Part shown: positions 30,601 through 38,978 of the stretch, one piece after another
Numbering within the stretch: position 1 is the first letter of the stretch
Layout: each line of letters begins with the position of its first letter
Virus record (IMG/VR): IMGVR_UViG_3300042520_000860
Location: 1 to 64,000 of that record
Source of the DNA: a virus
Reading direction: 5' to 3' (one strand)
Length of the DNA: 64,000 nucleotides
Notes under the pieces: model-generated
The model's input: the letters and a program-made list of their open reading frames with translations, nothing else
What the model was told of the DNA's origin: nothing
The model's database searches: none
Translations under genes and position numbers: made by a program

Positions 30601-31403
30601 CTGGCAGTGGAGGCATTTGCAGCACGCGCAAGCGTGTCAACAAAATTAGTGGACTCTGAGACGCTAAGTCCCATTGCTTGCATACCAGCCACAACAATCT
30701 CACTAGCACGAACCAGCGACATATTTTCAGTCGAGGCAAGATTTAGCGTATCGCCAAGAATCTTTGTAGCATCTGTGGTTTTGTAGCCAGCAGCCACAAG
30801 TTCTTTCAGGCCATCAGCCGCCTCAGCGGAAGTGTACCTAGTAGCGGCACCCATTTCAACCACGACACCCGTGAGACGTTGAAACTCAGCACTTGTTTTA
30901 TCAAGGCCGCCGACTGAGGCAACCGCACTCATCGCATAGTCCAAATCAGCGACTGCCATTACGGCTTTTCGTATTTCATTGCCAAGTGCGGCCATGCCAA
31001 CCGTGAGGCCGGTAAACGCAGCCGCTTGCGCGGCAAGCCCTGCAATCGAGCTACCAAGACTACTAACCTCGTTTTGTGCGACGCTAGTGTTAAGAGGAAT
31101 CTGGATTGGTGTGCGTGCTCTCTGCTGAAATCCAGCTAAGGCAGCCGAGAGTCTGTCAATGTCTTGAAGTCCGCCATTAGCACCACCGCCAGACCCCGTG
31201 GAAGACTGATTAGGGGTAGTGACACGCTGATTTCTAGTATCGAAGTTGCCTGCTGATACGCGAGACGAGCCGCCCTTGAACGTAGCCTGAACTGATTTGT
31301 ACTGCGCCTCAACAGCTTTGAGCGACGCAATAAGTGCGTTATTCGCTTGGATTGACTTATCGACGTCGCTGCTAAAGTTGATGGATACGCTTTGATCTGC
31401 CAT
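27618..31403 (-). CDS. tape measure protein (TP901 family)
   Basis: MGAATRYTSAEAADG, ALKYVAPVA, LANNGIRGGMAGRGL, RMDNLTGD. Confidence 0.92.
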   Translation of the reverse strand: MADQSVSINFSSDVDKSIQANNALIASLKAVEAQYKSVQATFKGGSSRVSAGNFDTRNQRVTTPNQSSTGSGGGANGGLQDIDRLSAALAGFQQRARTPIQIPLNTSVAQNEVSSLGSSIAGLAAQAAAFTGLTVGMAALGNEIRKAVMAVADLDYAMSAVASVGGLDKTSAEFQRLTGVVVEMGAATRYTSAEAADGLKELVAAGYKTTDATKILGDTLNLASTENMSLVRASEIVVAGMQAMGLSVSESTNFVDTLARAANASTASIDDMGEALKYVAPVAKAMNIPLDETSALLAILANNGIRGGMAGRGLTSVMVKLAGPTKDAVEALRAVGVSASEINPQIVGVENSLNKLATLDIPTLSKLFGVENIDISSILGRNAASFDGMKQAMNDANIAAKKMAETRMDNLTGDLDELGAAFDALRIALASDFYEKFRGDIEDFTKYLNDNRDAIVENIREVGNIALVLAQVVIAYKAVQAASLIGHLVASAARWAFETKMVQANTTALTTNASARLKAIGGNVGTVAGAAIGMEIAPEDASGLETTAYVIGAMVVANAIGKGIAAGLGKAFTSFGGPALLKNAGYWASGARIVMAKELASVPVQIRLATRTPIAAAAAYAITQFDKLASEKFEGADTVNETGNQMTSNATRNIAEAKDGVALAKAQKQLQADILAIEKLRYQAQKDVNAGSTLFEKLALIGKQKPNEAQLENLKATEAYLNRLLDKSVELNAKRQAQLRTEQEIKDHNANALAIEEMRVKMSAQIAQNLKLQAEAAKEFNAAYGQRLDVAIGGLSDADALDAQGKKFSEARDKVAGIRKELDAAAKFAVSPQSELGSDLTKDLAKDKRVKPNSPSTDGKSFMDVVNSDPKLAEAKSAVDRLTPSKLQLTFDKDEALTDVESVAKYYHKVLEEAKKSGNVKLQATVEPFLKQLDEAVKASIEAGNKIRQALEQRDIRVNILLPEGQRMSIASADDDSAIKDANETRKKIDEILSQNGIKPLIDPSVELKNAEDIAAYYAKVAEELKKRGLSDILTQKPFNDLISLLDKVGAANKKYDDALKEKESKDSQMREIEILEAKEKSGKFPWEDALTRAAQNLNKAGGSLQSAAGLQAAAGLDAAPSLNGQNDVASVASRLNANPSLAFTEGDGKGIQNEIAKEQAAIAAAMKLTGKEGQAQARELAKRKVSANLGISLNEKNEEMNPLAGKPRQLGSGATAMNQLFGRSSNSGLLEAAKEQNGYLKTLVELAKIKESIKYVATVA

Positions 31404-31429
31404 GGCTAAGTAAGGTCAGGCCAACGCTA

Positions 31430-31630
31430 TCAGTCATTGAGCAAATCCTCAAGCGTTTTGTCCATGTCGCCCAAGGTGCAAACCATGCCCTGCTTGGCCA
31501 GCGTCATGTGCTCGCATGAGAATAGAATCTTTAGCGAGAGAGTCCTGAACGCATCCATAGCGTTTACGTTCAGTATCTCTGTCGCCGCCGCCAGTAGCCT
31601 AATCGGCCAAGGCGGCGCTATTCGTTTCCC
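31430..31630 (-). CDS. -1 frameshift extension of the tail assembly chaperone (gpGT-like)
   Basis: Slippery G GGA AAC at 31624-31630; the -1 frame stays open for about 65 codons to TGA at 31430. Confidence 0.75.
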   Translation of the reverse strand, partial: GKRIAPPWPIRLLAAATEILNVNAMDAFRTLSLKILFSCEHMTLAKQGMVCTLGDMDKTLEDLLND

Positions 31631-32169
31631 ATGTCATCGTCTTTCACGCCGTTTTTTAGGCTTGCGGGAAGCTCGGCATTGACTCGCGTGGAAGTAGCAT
31701 CATTGATGTAGGCGATAACGTCAAGAATCAGGGAATCGCTAGGTTTAATGAATGCGCAGAATGTGATGACGCTTTTCTTGAACTCATCACGGCGATTGAA
31801 AACCAAGTCGGTCATTTCATCGAGGGATGCTTCGGCGTTGCACGCGAAGAGGAACTCGCCAGCGGCGAGCAGTGGGTTGGTCATTTCGCCGACTCGTTTA
31901 CCCAGCATGATCTCGTTGCCGACTTCATGCAGGAGCATCACCATGGCGAGCGATAGTGGTCGAAGCTCAACGCCGCAAACTACAGGGCCTTTGCCCATCA
32001 GTTCGCGAGTAATTGAGTGGTCGAGTTTTGTTTGATCATCGAAGGAACTCTCTCCATCAGCGAGGAACTTATCCAAAAAGTCATCGGACGGGTCATTCTT
32101 AGGAGGCGAGGTACGCGGGCTCTTTGCTGGGCGGCCAACGGCAATGTCATCTGGTGTATTTTTTTTCAT
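31618..32169 (-). CDS. tail assembly chaperone (gpG-like)
   Basis: Upstream of tape measure; ELRPLSL motif; slippery site at the 3' end. Confidence 0.7.
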   Translation of the reverse strand: MKKNTPDDIAVGRPAKSPRTSPPKNDPSDDFLDKFLADGESSFDDQTKLDHSITRELMGKGPVVCGVELRPLSLAMVMLLHEVGNEIMLGKRVGEMTNPLLAAGEFLFACNAEASLDEMTDLVFNRRDEFKKSVITFCAFIKPSDSLILDVIAYINDATSTRVNAELPASLKNGVKDDDMGNE

Positions 32170-32190
32170 AATTCTGGTGGTTGGAGGTTA

Positions 32191-32610
32191 TTAGTCGGGT
32201 TTCAATCCCTTTGCAATCAACTTATGGTACTTTTCACTATTCTTTTTTATCAGGAATGTCATACCATTTTTTAGCTTAAATCTAACCGTAGGCTCAATGC
32301 GGTCAATTAGTCCTTGCATCTCTATGTAGTTGCGAACCGCCACATAAGCGTAGCCAAACGGGTGGTCAGGGTTATCTATGAACCATTTCTCAGGGTCTTT
32401 GAGTGCCTTTGATATGCGAGAGAACTCTGATGGAGCAACAACACCCTCCGGGTTCATTCCCCATACCACACGCTCAGTCCCGTTGATTTCTGAGTAGCTA
32501 CACGGTTCAGAAAAGTCCGTAAACTTAACGCCTAGCGCAACTAAAGCGGCGGCAAAAGGGGTGTCTGCGACTAGTGTTATCTTGGTTCCTTTTTGTAGTC
32601 CTTCACTCAT
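32191..32610 (-). CDS. hypothetical protein (start MSEGLQ)
   Basis: The upstream extension in the ORF track is intergenic and tandem-repeat sequence. Confidence 0.6.
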   Translation of the reverse strand: MSEGLQKGTKITLVADTPFAAALVALGVKFTDFSEPCSYSEINGTERVVWGMNPEGVVAPSEFSRISKALKDPEKWFIDNPDHPFGYAYVAVRNYIEMQGLIDRIEPTVRFKLKNGMTFLIKKNSEKYHKLIAKGLKPD

Positions 32611-32644
32611 CTGGTTGTCTGGTTGTCTGGTTGTCTGGTTGTCT
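32611..32644. repeat. 8-bp tandem repeat (CTGGTTGT)x4
   Basis: Seen directly, immediately upstream of a start codon. Confidence 0.9.
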
Positions 32645-32749
32645 AGGTAAATAAGCAGCTTCGCCGCCGCAAAAACTGCCCCCCAGACTAAGGCATGATG
32701 AATCACAGCGACGAAGCAAAATAAATAGTCTGGGTAAGCAGGAAAACTA

Positions 32750-33172
32750 TTAGGAGTCGTTCCCCGCATAGGCAACCGCTTTGACGGTCGTTTTAGTAGC
32801 CTCAGTGTTTGACTGTTCAGTAGTCACTTCTTCAAGGTAAACGGTAGTAATGCCCTCAATGAAATCATTTGCGGCTTCAGTAAAACTAGACCCAATCCCG
32901 AACGGAACAATAGTTGCACCGCCTCCAATGCTTTCTGCAGCCTTCGGAAGGCCGAAGTGAGTGTATTCGATGTCGAGAGCCCTCTTAGAAAACACGACAG
33001 CTTTTACGGTTCCACAAGATCCACGAATTTCTTGTTTGTCCGCTTTTGCAGTTAATTTTACGTTTTGGATGTAGCTTCCAAACTGGGCTTCAGGGGCGGT
33101 CTCTTCTTGAATACCGAACTTGACTCCCGACGCTGGTTCCTCAAAGATGGTTGCAATTGATGTACAGGCCAT
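32750..33172 (-). CDS. putative tail tube protein, paralog 2
   Basis: NVKLTAKADKQEIRGSCGTV...EEVTTEQSN; beta-rich; position. Confidence 0.55.
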   Translation of the reverse strand: MACTSIATIFEEPASGVKFGIQEETAPEAQFGSYIQNVKLTAKADKQEIRGSCGTVKAVVFSKRALDIEYTHFGLPKAAESIGGGATIVPFGIGSSFTEAANDFIEGITTVYLEEVTTEQSNTEATKTTVKAVAYAGNDS

Positions 33173-33177
33173 AATAG

Positions 33178-33230
33178 TGTTAGTTAAAAGGTTAGTTAAA
33201 AGGTTAGTTAAAAGGTTAGTTAAAAGGTTA
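33178..33230. repeat. 12-bp tandem repeat (GTTAGTTAAAAG)x4
   Basis: Seen directly; fills the gap between the two tube paralogs. Confidence 0.9.
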
Positions 33231-33620
33231 AGTGAGGTCTTCGTAGCAAGTGAGCTTGAGCGTTGTCTTATTGAAGTCCTCGTTTGACTCTTCGTAGGTC
33301 ACTTCATCAACAATCATACTTCCAATTTTAATGGGTTGTTGTGCTAAATCACTTGCGCTGAGTGAAATTTTCGTCCCTACCTTAGCAGTCGCTTTGCCAT
33401 TTCCGCTGATTTCAACTTCGCTATGACGATTGTAGTAGTGCATAGCGATTACGGTTCCGCAAGAACCGACAAGTTCTTTTTTGTCGATCTTGTTTGTCAC
33501 TTTTACATTCGTGACCATGATGTTGTTAACGGGTGTTTGAAGTGCGCTGCCGTAGCCAAATTGTATTTCGGTGTCAGCGGATGGTGGTTGAATTCTTGCG
33601 AGACTAGTACACGTGGACAT
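33228..33620 (-). CDS. putative tail tube protein, paralog 1
   Basis: NVKVTNKIDKKELVGSCGTV...DEVTYEESN; position. Confidence 0.55.
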   Translation of the reverse strand: MSTCTSLARIQPPSADTEIQFGYGSALQTPVNNIMVTNVKVTNKIDKKELVGSCGTVIAMHYYNRHSEVEISGNGKATAKVGTKISLSASDLAQQPIKIGSMIVDEVTYEESNEDFNKTTLKLTCYEDLT

Positions 33621-33713
33621 AAATTTTGGTGGTTAGAGTTGCTTTACGGTTTTAAGACTACGACGAACTTTGAGTACTCGTCAAGTGTCGAATCGTTTAA
33701 GTAAAAAAACTTC

Positions 33714-34268
33714 TTACGCAAACGGACAGGCGCGTTGGCCACGGCGCTGAAGGTGCGTATCAATCCGAATGTCAATTACAGACGAAATCGTAAGCTCTTG
33801 GATCTCTATGTCCTTCATCGTCGCCTTGATCGGGCGTAGCAAGGTTCCGTCCAGCCGCGAGTCAACTCGCTCGTCCTCGGCGGTCTCAAGCGCGTCCATA
33901 ACCAGCGCAGACCATTCCATGTGGCCTTTGCGCTCTGTTGGTACATCGGGGTTTCGACGCAGGAACCCATGTTTGCTGTCGGTGCTCAGTTCGAGCTTCA
34001 GCTGGAACGAACTAACGAAGGGCGTATTGGCCTCCTTGTCGGCGGCGTTGTAGACGGGGAAGTTGCCGCCCGCGAAATAGTCCATGTCCTGCTCAATCGA
34101 ATAAGGCTGAAGCAAGGGCAGTTTATCAGTTTGCAAGTTTTGCAAACCTCCCTCGCGGCTCCACTTCAAGCCTTGCAGCATCCCGCCAGTCTGGCAGTGA
34201 AATTCGATTCGCTTGAAGAGAGTCCAAACGGCGGCGGTAAACTGATAGCAGTCTGACAAGTTGCTCAT
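33714..34268 (-). CDS. putative tail terminator or completion protein
   Basis: Position between neck and tube genes. Confidence 0.45.
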   Translation of the reverse strand: MSNLSDCYQFTAAVWTLFKRIEFHCQTGGMLQGLKWSREGGLQNLQTDKLPLLQPYSIEQDMDYFAGGNFPVYNAADKEANTPFVSSFQLKLELSTDSKHGFLRRNPDVPTERKGHMEWSALVMDALETAEDERVDSRLDGTLLRPIKATMKDIEIQELTISSVIDIRIDTHLQRRGQRACPFA

Positions 34269-34276
34269 GACGACGC

Positions 34277-34305
34277 ACTCTGCAACAAATCATCGCGCAT
34301 TGCAA
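34277..34305 (-). promoter_or_regulatory. promoter TTGCAA-N17-CAGAGT (near-leaderless)
   Basis: 8 nt before ATG 34268; same pattern at 17055, 41872 and 43398. Confidence 0.45.
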
Positions 34306-34321
34306 GCCTACGGAAGAGCTT

Positions 34322-34900
34322 TCACAAAGCACCACGAAGGGTTTTCACAAGATGCTGAACCATAAGCATCCTGCACGTAGTGTTAGCAAATGACCGCGCA
34401 TTCTTGACGATGTTCATGGCGCGGATGCCGCGAACGCGTTTTGCGAAAACGAAGTCAACGCCTACCACAAATGGAAGTTTCTTTTTCTTGGTCTTTTTGC
34501 CAGCGGCTGCTGAGCCATAGTTTGACCATTGACTCTGCGCTGCCGCAGCCTTATTAGCTGAAATCACCCCACGCGGGCCAGCAAGGAAAGCGCGTTTCGT
34601 AAGCGGTACGAACAAACGCTTCGCTCGTTTCGGGCCGTGCGCCCTTGTCCCGTCTTCAAGGAATTTCATTACCTTGGAAGTATTAGTCAGAACGACACCG
34701 TCGCCACCTGTCCTTTGTATGACCCATGACCTGCGGGTCTGGCCAGTCCAGCGTTTCGGCGTCTGACGAATCATTCTACCGCGAACGACCTCAGCGGCCT
34801 TTTGATGAACCGCCAAGCGATTGGGGGTAGACATCGCCGAGGTGACTTTTTTAATAAGATTAGTCGTCGGCTTGAAGTTGAATTTGATGTCGATGTTCAT
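34322..34900 (-). CDS. HK97 gp10-like neck or tail-completion protein
   Basis: TPKRWTGQTRRSW, FLEDGTRAH. Confidence 0.7.
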   Translation of the reverse strand: MNIDIKFNFKPTTNLIKKVTSAMSTPNRLAVHQKAAEVVRGRMIRQTPKRWTGQTRRSWVIQRTGGDGVVLTNTSKVMKFLEDGTRAHGPKRAKRLFVPLTKRAFLAGPRGVISANKAAAAQSQWSNYGSAAAGKKTKKKKLPFVVGVDFVFAKRVRGIRAMNIVKNARSFANTTCRMLMVQHLVKTLRGAL

Positions 34901-34915
34901 TGGCGCGGGATTCGG

Positions 34916-35794
34916 TTAGAATCCTACCGCACGACCGCGCTGAATCCAAGGTTTAACCAATTCGTTCACCTCACTAGGAACCTTGGTCTCAAGTAGGCTT
35001 TCGCGGCTGCCGTCAAAGGCAACACGCTCCCTGCGCCACTCGCTACTGAAGGCACACGCAGTCAGAATCGTTGCGCGGCGGATACTAGCAGGGATAAACG
35101 TGGGTGATCCAATAAACGATTTCGTAATGGTTATCGTGCCGCCTCCCTGTTCACTAGTCCCTGGATTCCAGCTTGTTACCAGTTCGGGAGAAGCAACATT
35201 TTGAAAAGAATACCAAGAAGCGTAAGTTGGGTTGGTGTCATCGTAACGCATAACCCATGCATTTCCGGGGGTTTCCCAATAACAAACACTATTGCCTGAT
35301 CTGTAGCTCGGTTTTCCATTTAGAATGCCTTCATAGTGGAGAATGGGAAAGGTAATCGCCTCTCGCGGAATCGCGCTAGTCAATGACCCCGTCACACGAA
35401 TTGAAGGACTCGCCGTAAAACCAAACGTTCCTTTGATTGCAAGCTCGCCAGTGAAAGGAATAGAACCGAAGTTGGAAGAGTATTCAAAGAAGGTATCACC
35501 CTCAGCATAACTCAAGCTGGCGAGGTCAATTTCTACGCCGTCGAGTTTTACTTCCGTCAACGAATTGATTTCAAAAGGAAGCATCACCACGTTGCCAATC
35601 ACGCGACGCCTTGGCACGATGTACGGGTCAATCGAATGATTGTGAAAATTGAAGTCCCTGCCGCAAATCTCATCAATGCGACGAGACGCAAGCTCGATAG
35701 ATTCAATGAAGATGTCGCTAACCTCTGGCTCGGAGTTGCCAGCGGCCTGAACCACGTCGTCCAGCGAGCAGTATGGTTGGTAAAGCGTTGCCAT
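34916..35794 (-). CDS. head-tail adaptor with inserted domain
   Basis: YCSLDDV...ASRRIDEICGRDF, GTFGF, PASIRRAT, V..LVKPW. Confidence 0.75.
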   Translation of the reverse strand: MATLYQPYCSLDDVVQAAGNSEPEVSDIFIESIELASRRIDEICGRDFNFHNHSIDPYIVPRRRVIGNVVMLPFEINSLTEVKLDGVEIDLASLSYAEGDTFFEYSSNFGSIPFTGELAIKGTFGFTASPSIRVTGSLTSAIPREAITFPILHYEGILNGKPSYRSGNSVCYWETPGNAWVMRYDDTNPTYASWYSFQNVASPELVTSWNPGTSEQGGGTITITKSFIGSPTFIPASIRRATILTACAFSSEWRRERVAFDGSRESLLETKVPSEVNELVKPWIQRGRAVGF

Positions 35795-35995
35795 TTATGC
35801 AAAGTTTGCAATTTTTCCAAGTTTGGTTTGTGGGCGAGCAAGCAGTGAGTCGCCACGCAAACGACGAAACTCATCCACTCGATCCTCAGCCTTGTCGCAT
35901 TTCTTGAAACGAGCAACAGCGGCCTTTACCGATTTGTCATCGGTCAGGGTTCGCTGCGCTTCGCGTTGAAAGGTGGCTAGGTTGATGTCGAGCAT
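35795..35995 (-). CDS. hypothetical protein
   Basis: ORF in head module. Confidence 0.55.
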   Translation of the reverse strand: MLDINLATFQREAQRTLTDDKSVKAAVARFKKCDKAEDRVDEFRRLRGDSLLARPQTKLGKIANFA

Positions 35996-36003
35996 AAGGT
36001 GAG

Positions 36004-36555
36004 TTAGCGGCGACGGCGCTTGGTTGAAGTGGACTCCTCTTCCTCAGACGCATCATCTTCGTCGGCAGACGCGACTGGCGCAGGAGCCTTAACCGCTTTG
36101 GCGGCTACATTGGCATCCTTGGCTCCCTTGACGGCTGCCGTATCAGCAGTGCCAAGCGCCAGTCGCGTTTCTTTACCCAACTTATCCCATCCAAGCTGTA
36201 CCGCCTCGGCGTAAATCGCGTCAGCAATTAGATCATCGTTGTCATGTTCGGTGACAACCAGTTCGCCGCCAATAAAGTTGATTGCTTCCGCAATGTTTTT
36301 AAGCGTGGACTTGCCACTCGCGATCAACTCATTTTGGAGATTCTTGTGCGACCAATCAACAAGGCGGAGGTCGAAGTAAGGAGTTCCAAGCGGTGAAAGG
36401 TCTTCGCGGATTTTGCGGCGCGACAAAAGCGTGAAGCGCGAATCATCGGAAATACCAGAGTATTCAGCTTCAGTAAGTTGGAGGGTAGCACCATCATCAA
36501 CAGTGCCGAAGCGTCCAAGTGCAATCGTCGGGCCAGAGTAAGATACGGTTTTCAT
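36004..36555 (-). CDS. hypothetical head-associated protein
   Basis: Follows the major capsid gene; low-complexity tail ending KRRRR. Confidence 0.55.
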   Translation of the reverse strand: MKTVSYSGPTIALGRFGTVDDGATLQLTEAEYSGISDDSRFTLLSRRKIREDLSPLGTPYFDLRLVDWSHKNLQNELIASGKSTLKNIAEAINFIGGELVVTEHDNDDLIADAIYAEAVQLGWDKLGKETRLALGTADTAAVKGAKDANVAAKAVKAPAPVASADEDDASEEEESTSTKRRRR

Positions 36556-36621
36556 AGAGTAGATTGTTAGCGAACGACGCAAACCATACCGATGATTTTG
36601 AAAGTGCGCAAGCCTTTAATG

Positions 36622-36657
36622 AAAAAGCCCCCGCTCCAATTACGAAGCGAGGGCTTT
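36622..36657 (-). terminator. rho-independent terminator after the major capsid gene
   Basis: AAAGCCCTCGCTTC-loop-GGAGCGGGGGCTTTTT on the - strand. Confidence 0.8.
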
Positions 36658-36688
36658 AACGAGTTAGGCGGCTAAAGCCACCGTTAGC

Positions 36689-38344
36689 TTACGAGTTGTA
36701 GTTGTAGCCAACGATTGCAGAAGGCACAGTGGCAAGCGATTCCTTAGCCTTGAAGTCGCGGCGGAAGGAAGCGATGACATAGTTGACTTGTTGCAAGCGG
36801 TTGACGTCCACTTCGACGGTGAAGCCACGGCGAACACCGACAACCCAAGACGGACGATGGATGAGGAACACCGAACCTTTGGTGGTGGTGGTTCCGTCAT
36901 ACACGCCAGTGGCGTTGAGGTCTTCACGAACAGCGTCGCTGACGATGATCGGGATACCGTAGATGGAAGCTGCGGTACCGCTGAGGATACGAGCTGCATC
37001 AGGGTTGCCGACCTTGTCGAAGGTAAGCGTTTCGCTGAGGCTCACCAAGTCGTTGTAGGCTTTAGGCCCAACCACGAGAGCGAGGTCACGAGGACGCACA
37101 CCGTACACACCCATTTGCTTGCGCATTGCGGCGATGTTTGCAGCGGAGATTCCACCAGTTGCAAGATCACGCTTGGTACCTGCATTGGCGAGCGCAAGAG
37201 TGCGAACACCGTTGAAGGACTTGGCAGCGTGGCCAGCGATGGCTTCGATGTCGGAGTCTTGGTGCGCACCAGTTGAATCACCGCTAAGAACGGCTTGCTC
37301 AAAGGTGAATGCAGCGCCAGAGGCCATGTCTTCCTGAAGCATTGGAAGAATCGCAATGATCGAATCTTCGTCGGCTTCGTAGGAGTACTCAGCAACACCA
37401 ATCATCTTGGTGGAGTCGAGCGTGATGGAACCAGTACCGGGATTCGAGCTGGTTGGGTTCGAGCCGGGAGCTTCGCTGCCTTTGTAGAACTGCGTGCGGG
37501 TCGTCTTCAGCGGGAGCTTGAACGGATCGCTCGGCATGTCGATTTCAGAAGCGATAAGCGCGGCAGCAAGTTGCGAGTCAAGGTACATGCGCATTTGCAG
37601 GTCGCTCGACAGGTCAGAAGGGATCAATTCAGCACCGTTGCCAGCGCCGCCAGTGGTAAGAGCCTTACCATAGGCAATCTGATCGCGAAGACCTTTGATA
37701 GCACGAGTGCCGACTTCTTTGGCGCGGACAAGATCCGACTCGCGGATACCGTCGTTGAGGCCAGAAGGACGCTTAGTGCCAGTGCGCTCAAGAGCTTCAC
37801 CGCTCACATTGCCAAGGCAGATGTTGAGGAGTTGCTTTTGCGCGACGCTCATGTTGCCCGAACGATGCTCAACAGGGAAGTTGCCACCGAAGGTTGCAAA
37901 CTGATGCTTGCTTTCTTGGCGCAGTCCCTTGCTGAAGGAATCAAGCGAGGCTTCAAGGTCAGCCTTGGTCACGCCAGCGGCGGGAAGGCTTTTCTTGATC
38001 TCGGCAACGAGTGCGTCCTTGTCGAGTTTCGATGCGTCGAGGTGCTTGGCAACCGCTGCTTCGATGTCAGCAAGTTTCACGCCTTCGCCGCTCTTCTTGA
38101 CTTCGTCAAGGATGGCTGCGGTGTCAACGCCTTTGCCTTCGAGTGCCTTGCTAACTGCCTTAGTGACGGCAGCCTCAAGTTCACCTTCAGTCACGGTGGT
38201 GGATTCTTCAGTACCGCCTTCTTCGGCTTCGCCTTCGATGGCTTTGAGGCCAGCGAACTCGACGCGCTCCGAATCGGTGAGGGTGTCAGCGGCTTTGGCG
38301 AGCAAAGCGGCGAGACGACTTTTTTGTTCTTCAGTCAATTTCAT
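36689..38344 (-). CDS. major capsid protein (HK97 fold) with N-terminal scaffold (delta) domain
   Basis: KALTT..AGNGAELIP, SYEADEDS, AVLSGD, IYGIPIIVSD; coiled-coil N-terminus. Confidence 0.88.
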   Translation of the reverse strand: MKLTEEQKSRLAALLAKAADTLTDSERVEFAGLKAIEGEAEEGGTEESTTVTEGELEAAVTKAVSKALEGKGVDTAAILDEVKKSGEGVKLADIEAAVAKHLDASKLDKDALVAEIKKSLPAAGVTKADLEASLDSFSKGLRQESKHQFATFGGNFPVEHRSGNMSVAQKQLLNICLGNVSGEALERTGTKRPSGLNDGIRESDLVRAKEVGTRAIKGLRDQIAYGKALTTGGAGNGAELIPSDLSSDLQMRMYLDSQLAAALIASEIDMPSDPFKLPLKTTRTQFYKGSEAPGSNPTSSNPGTGSITLDSTKMIGVAEYSYEADEDSIIAILPMLQEDMASGAAFTFEQAVLSGDSTGAHQDSDIEAIAGHAAKSFNGVRTLALANAGTKRDLATGGISAANIAAMRKQMGVYGVRPRDLALVVGPKAYNDLVSLSETLTFDKVGNPDAARILSGTAASIYGIPIIVSDAVREDLNATGVYDGTTTTKGSVFLIHRPSWVVGVRRGFTVEVDVNRLQQVNYVIASFRRDFKAKESLATVPSAIVGYNYNS

Positions 38345-38520
38345 AAGAGATTTTGTGTGTTAGTGTTAGAATGCTATCGGTCTTTGTTTCCCGTACTTGT
38401 TTGACGCTACTTCCATTTGGGTTCGCCCTCACGCGCTTGGTCATTTTTGACTTGAGCGCGATTTAACGATCACTTTGGTTAGCTGTCAATCACTATTTTG
38501 CAAGGATTGCAAATGAGTAG

Positions 38521-38592
38521 TCAGCCATTCATCACGACAACAATCGTCAGCCAGATTGCAATCGCGGCCACAATCGCAAACAACAGGGGCAT
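38521..38592 (-). CDS. 23 aa hydrophobic peptide (absent from the ORF track)
   Basis: MPLLFAIVAAIAIWLTIVVVMNG, one TM helix. Confidence 0.35.
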   Translation of the reverse strand: MPLLFAIVAAIAIWLTIVVVMNG

Positions 38593-38606
38593 AGTATCTT
38601 CCTGCA

Positions 38607-38972
38607 TCAGGCTTCAGGTTCAGGCGTAGGCTCTGGCGGAGCCACGTACTCATAAGTGCTGCCGTTAAAGACAATGTCTTGGCGGCCAGCGGAGACTGGT
38701 GCGCGGGTAGAGAACTGAGGCAATGCAAGCTGATCCAAAAGTCCGTTGATCATAATCCCAACGGAGGTGTTTACCTCAAACGTAGCCTGTGTGGTCGGCA
38801 CGTCGTGGTTAAGGACAGCGAGCAAACGGTCGGTCGGCAATGACCAGAAATGTTCGTTCTCGTTGCGGAGGGTGGCGGCTAGATGATGCACGGCTTCAGC
38901 GCACCGGATAACGGATGCGTCTTTGACTGCGAGATCAATCTCGATCTGTGGTTTTTGTGTGAGTAGTGACAT
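38607..38972 (-). CDS. hypothetical protein, possible fibre-associated chaperone
   Basis: Follows the fibre-like gene; PEPTPEPE tail. Confidence 0.55.
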   Translation of the reverse strand: MSLLTQKPQIEIDLAVKDASVIRCAEAVHHLAATLRNENEHFWSLPTDRLLAVLNHDVPTTQATFEVNTSVGIMINGLLDQLALPQFSTRAPVSAGRQDIVFNGSTYEYVAPPEPTPEPEA

Positions 38973-38978
38973 AAGGTG

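Noticed and set aside
32611-32775. N-terminal extension of ORF 32191..32775
   Set aside because: It runs through intergenic and tandem-repeat sequence and overlaps the upstream gene; ATG 32610 is more plausible.
33178-33230. Mini-CRISPR array
   Set aside because: Direct tandem 12-mers with no spacers.
38461-38489. Capsid gene promoter TTGACA-N17-TTAAAT
   Set aside because: The -35 is consensus but the -10 is poor at 17 or 18 bp spacing, so it was not called as a feature.
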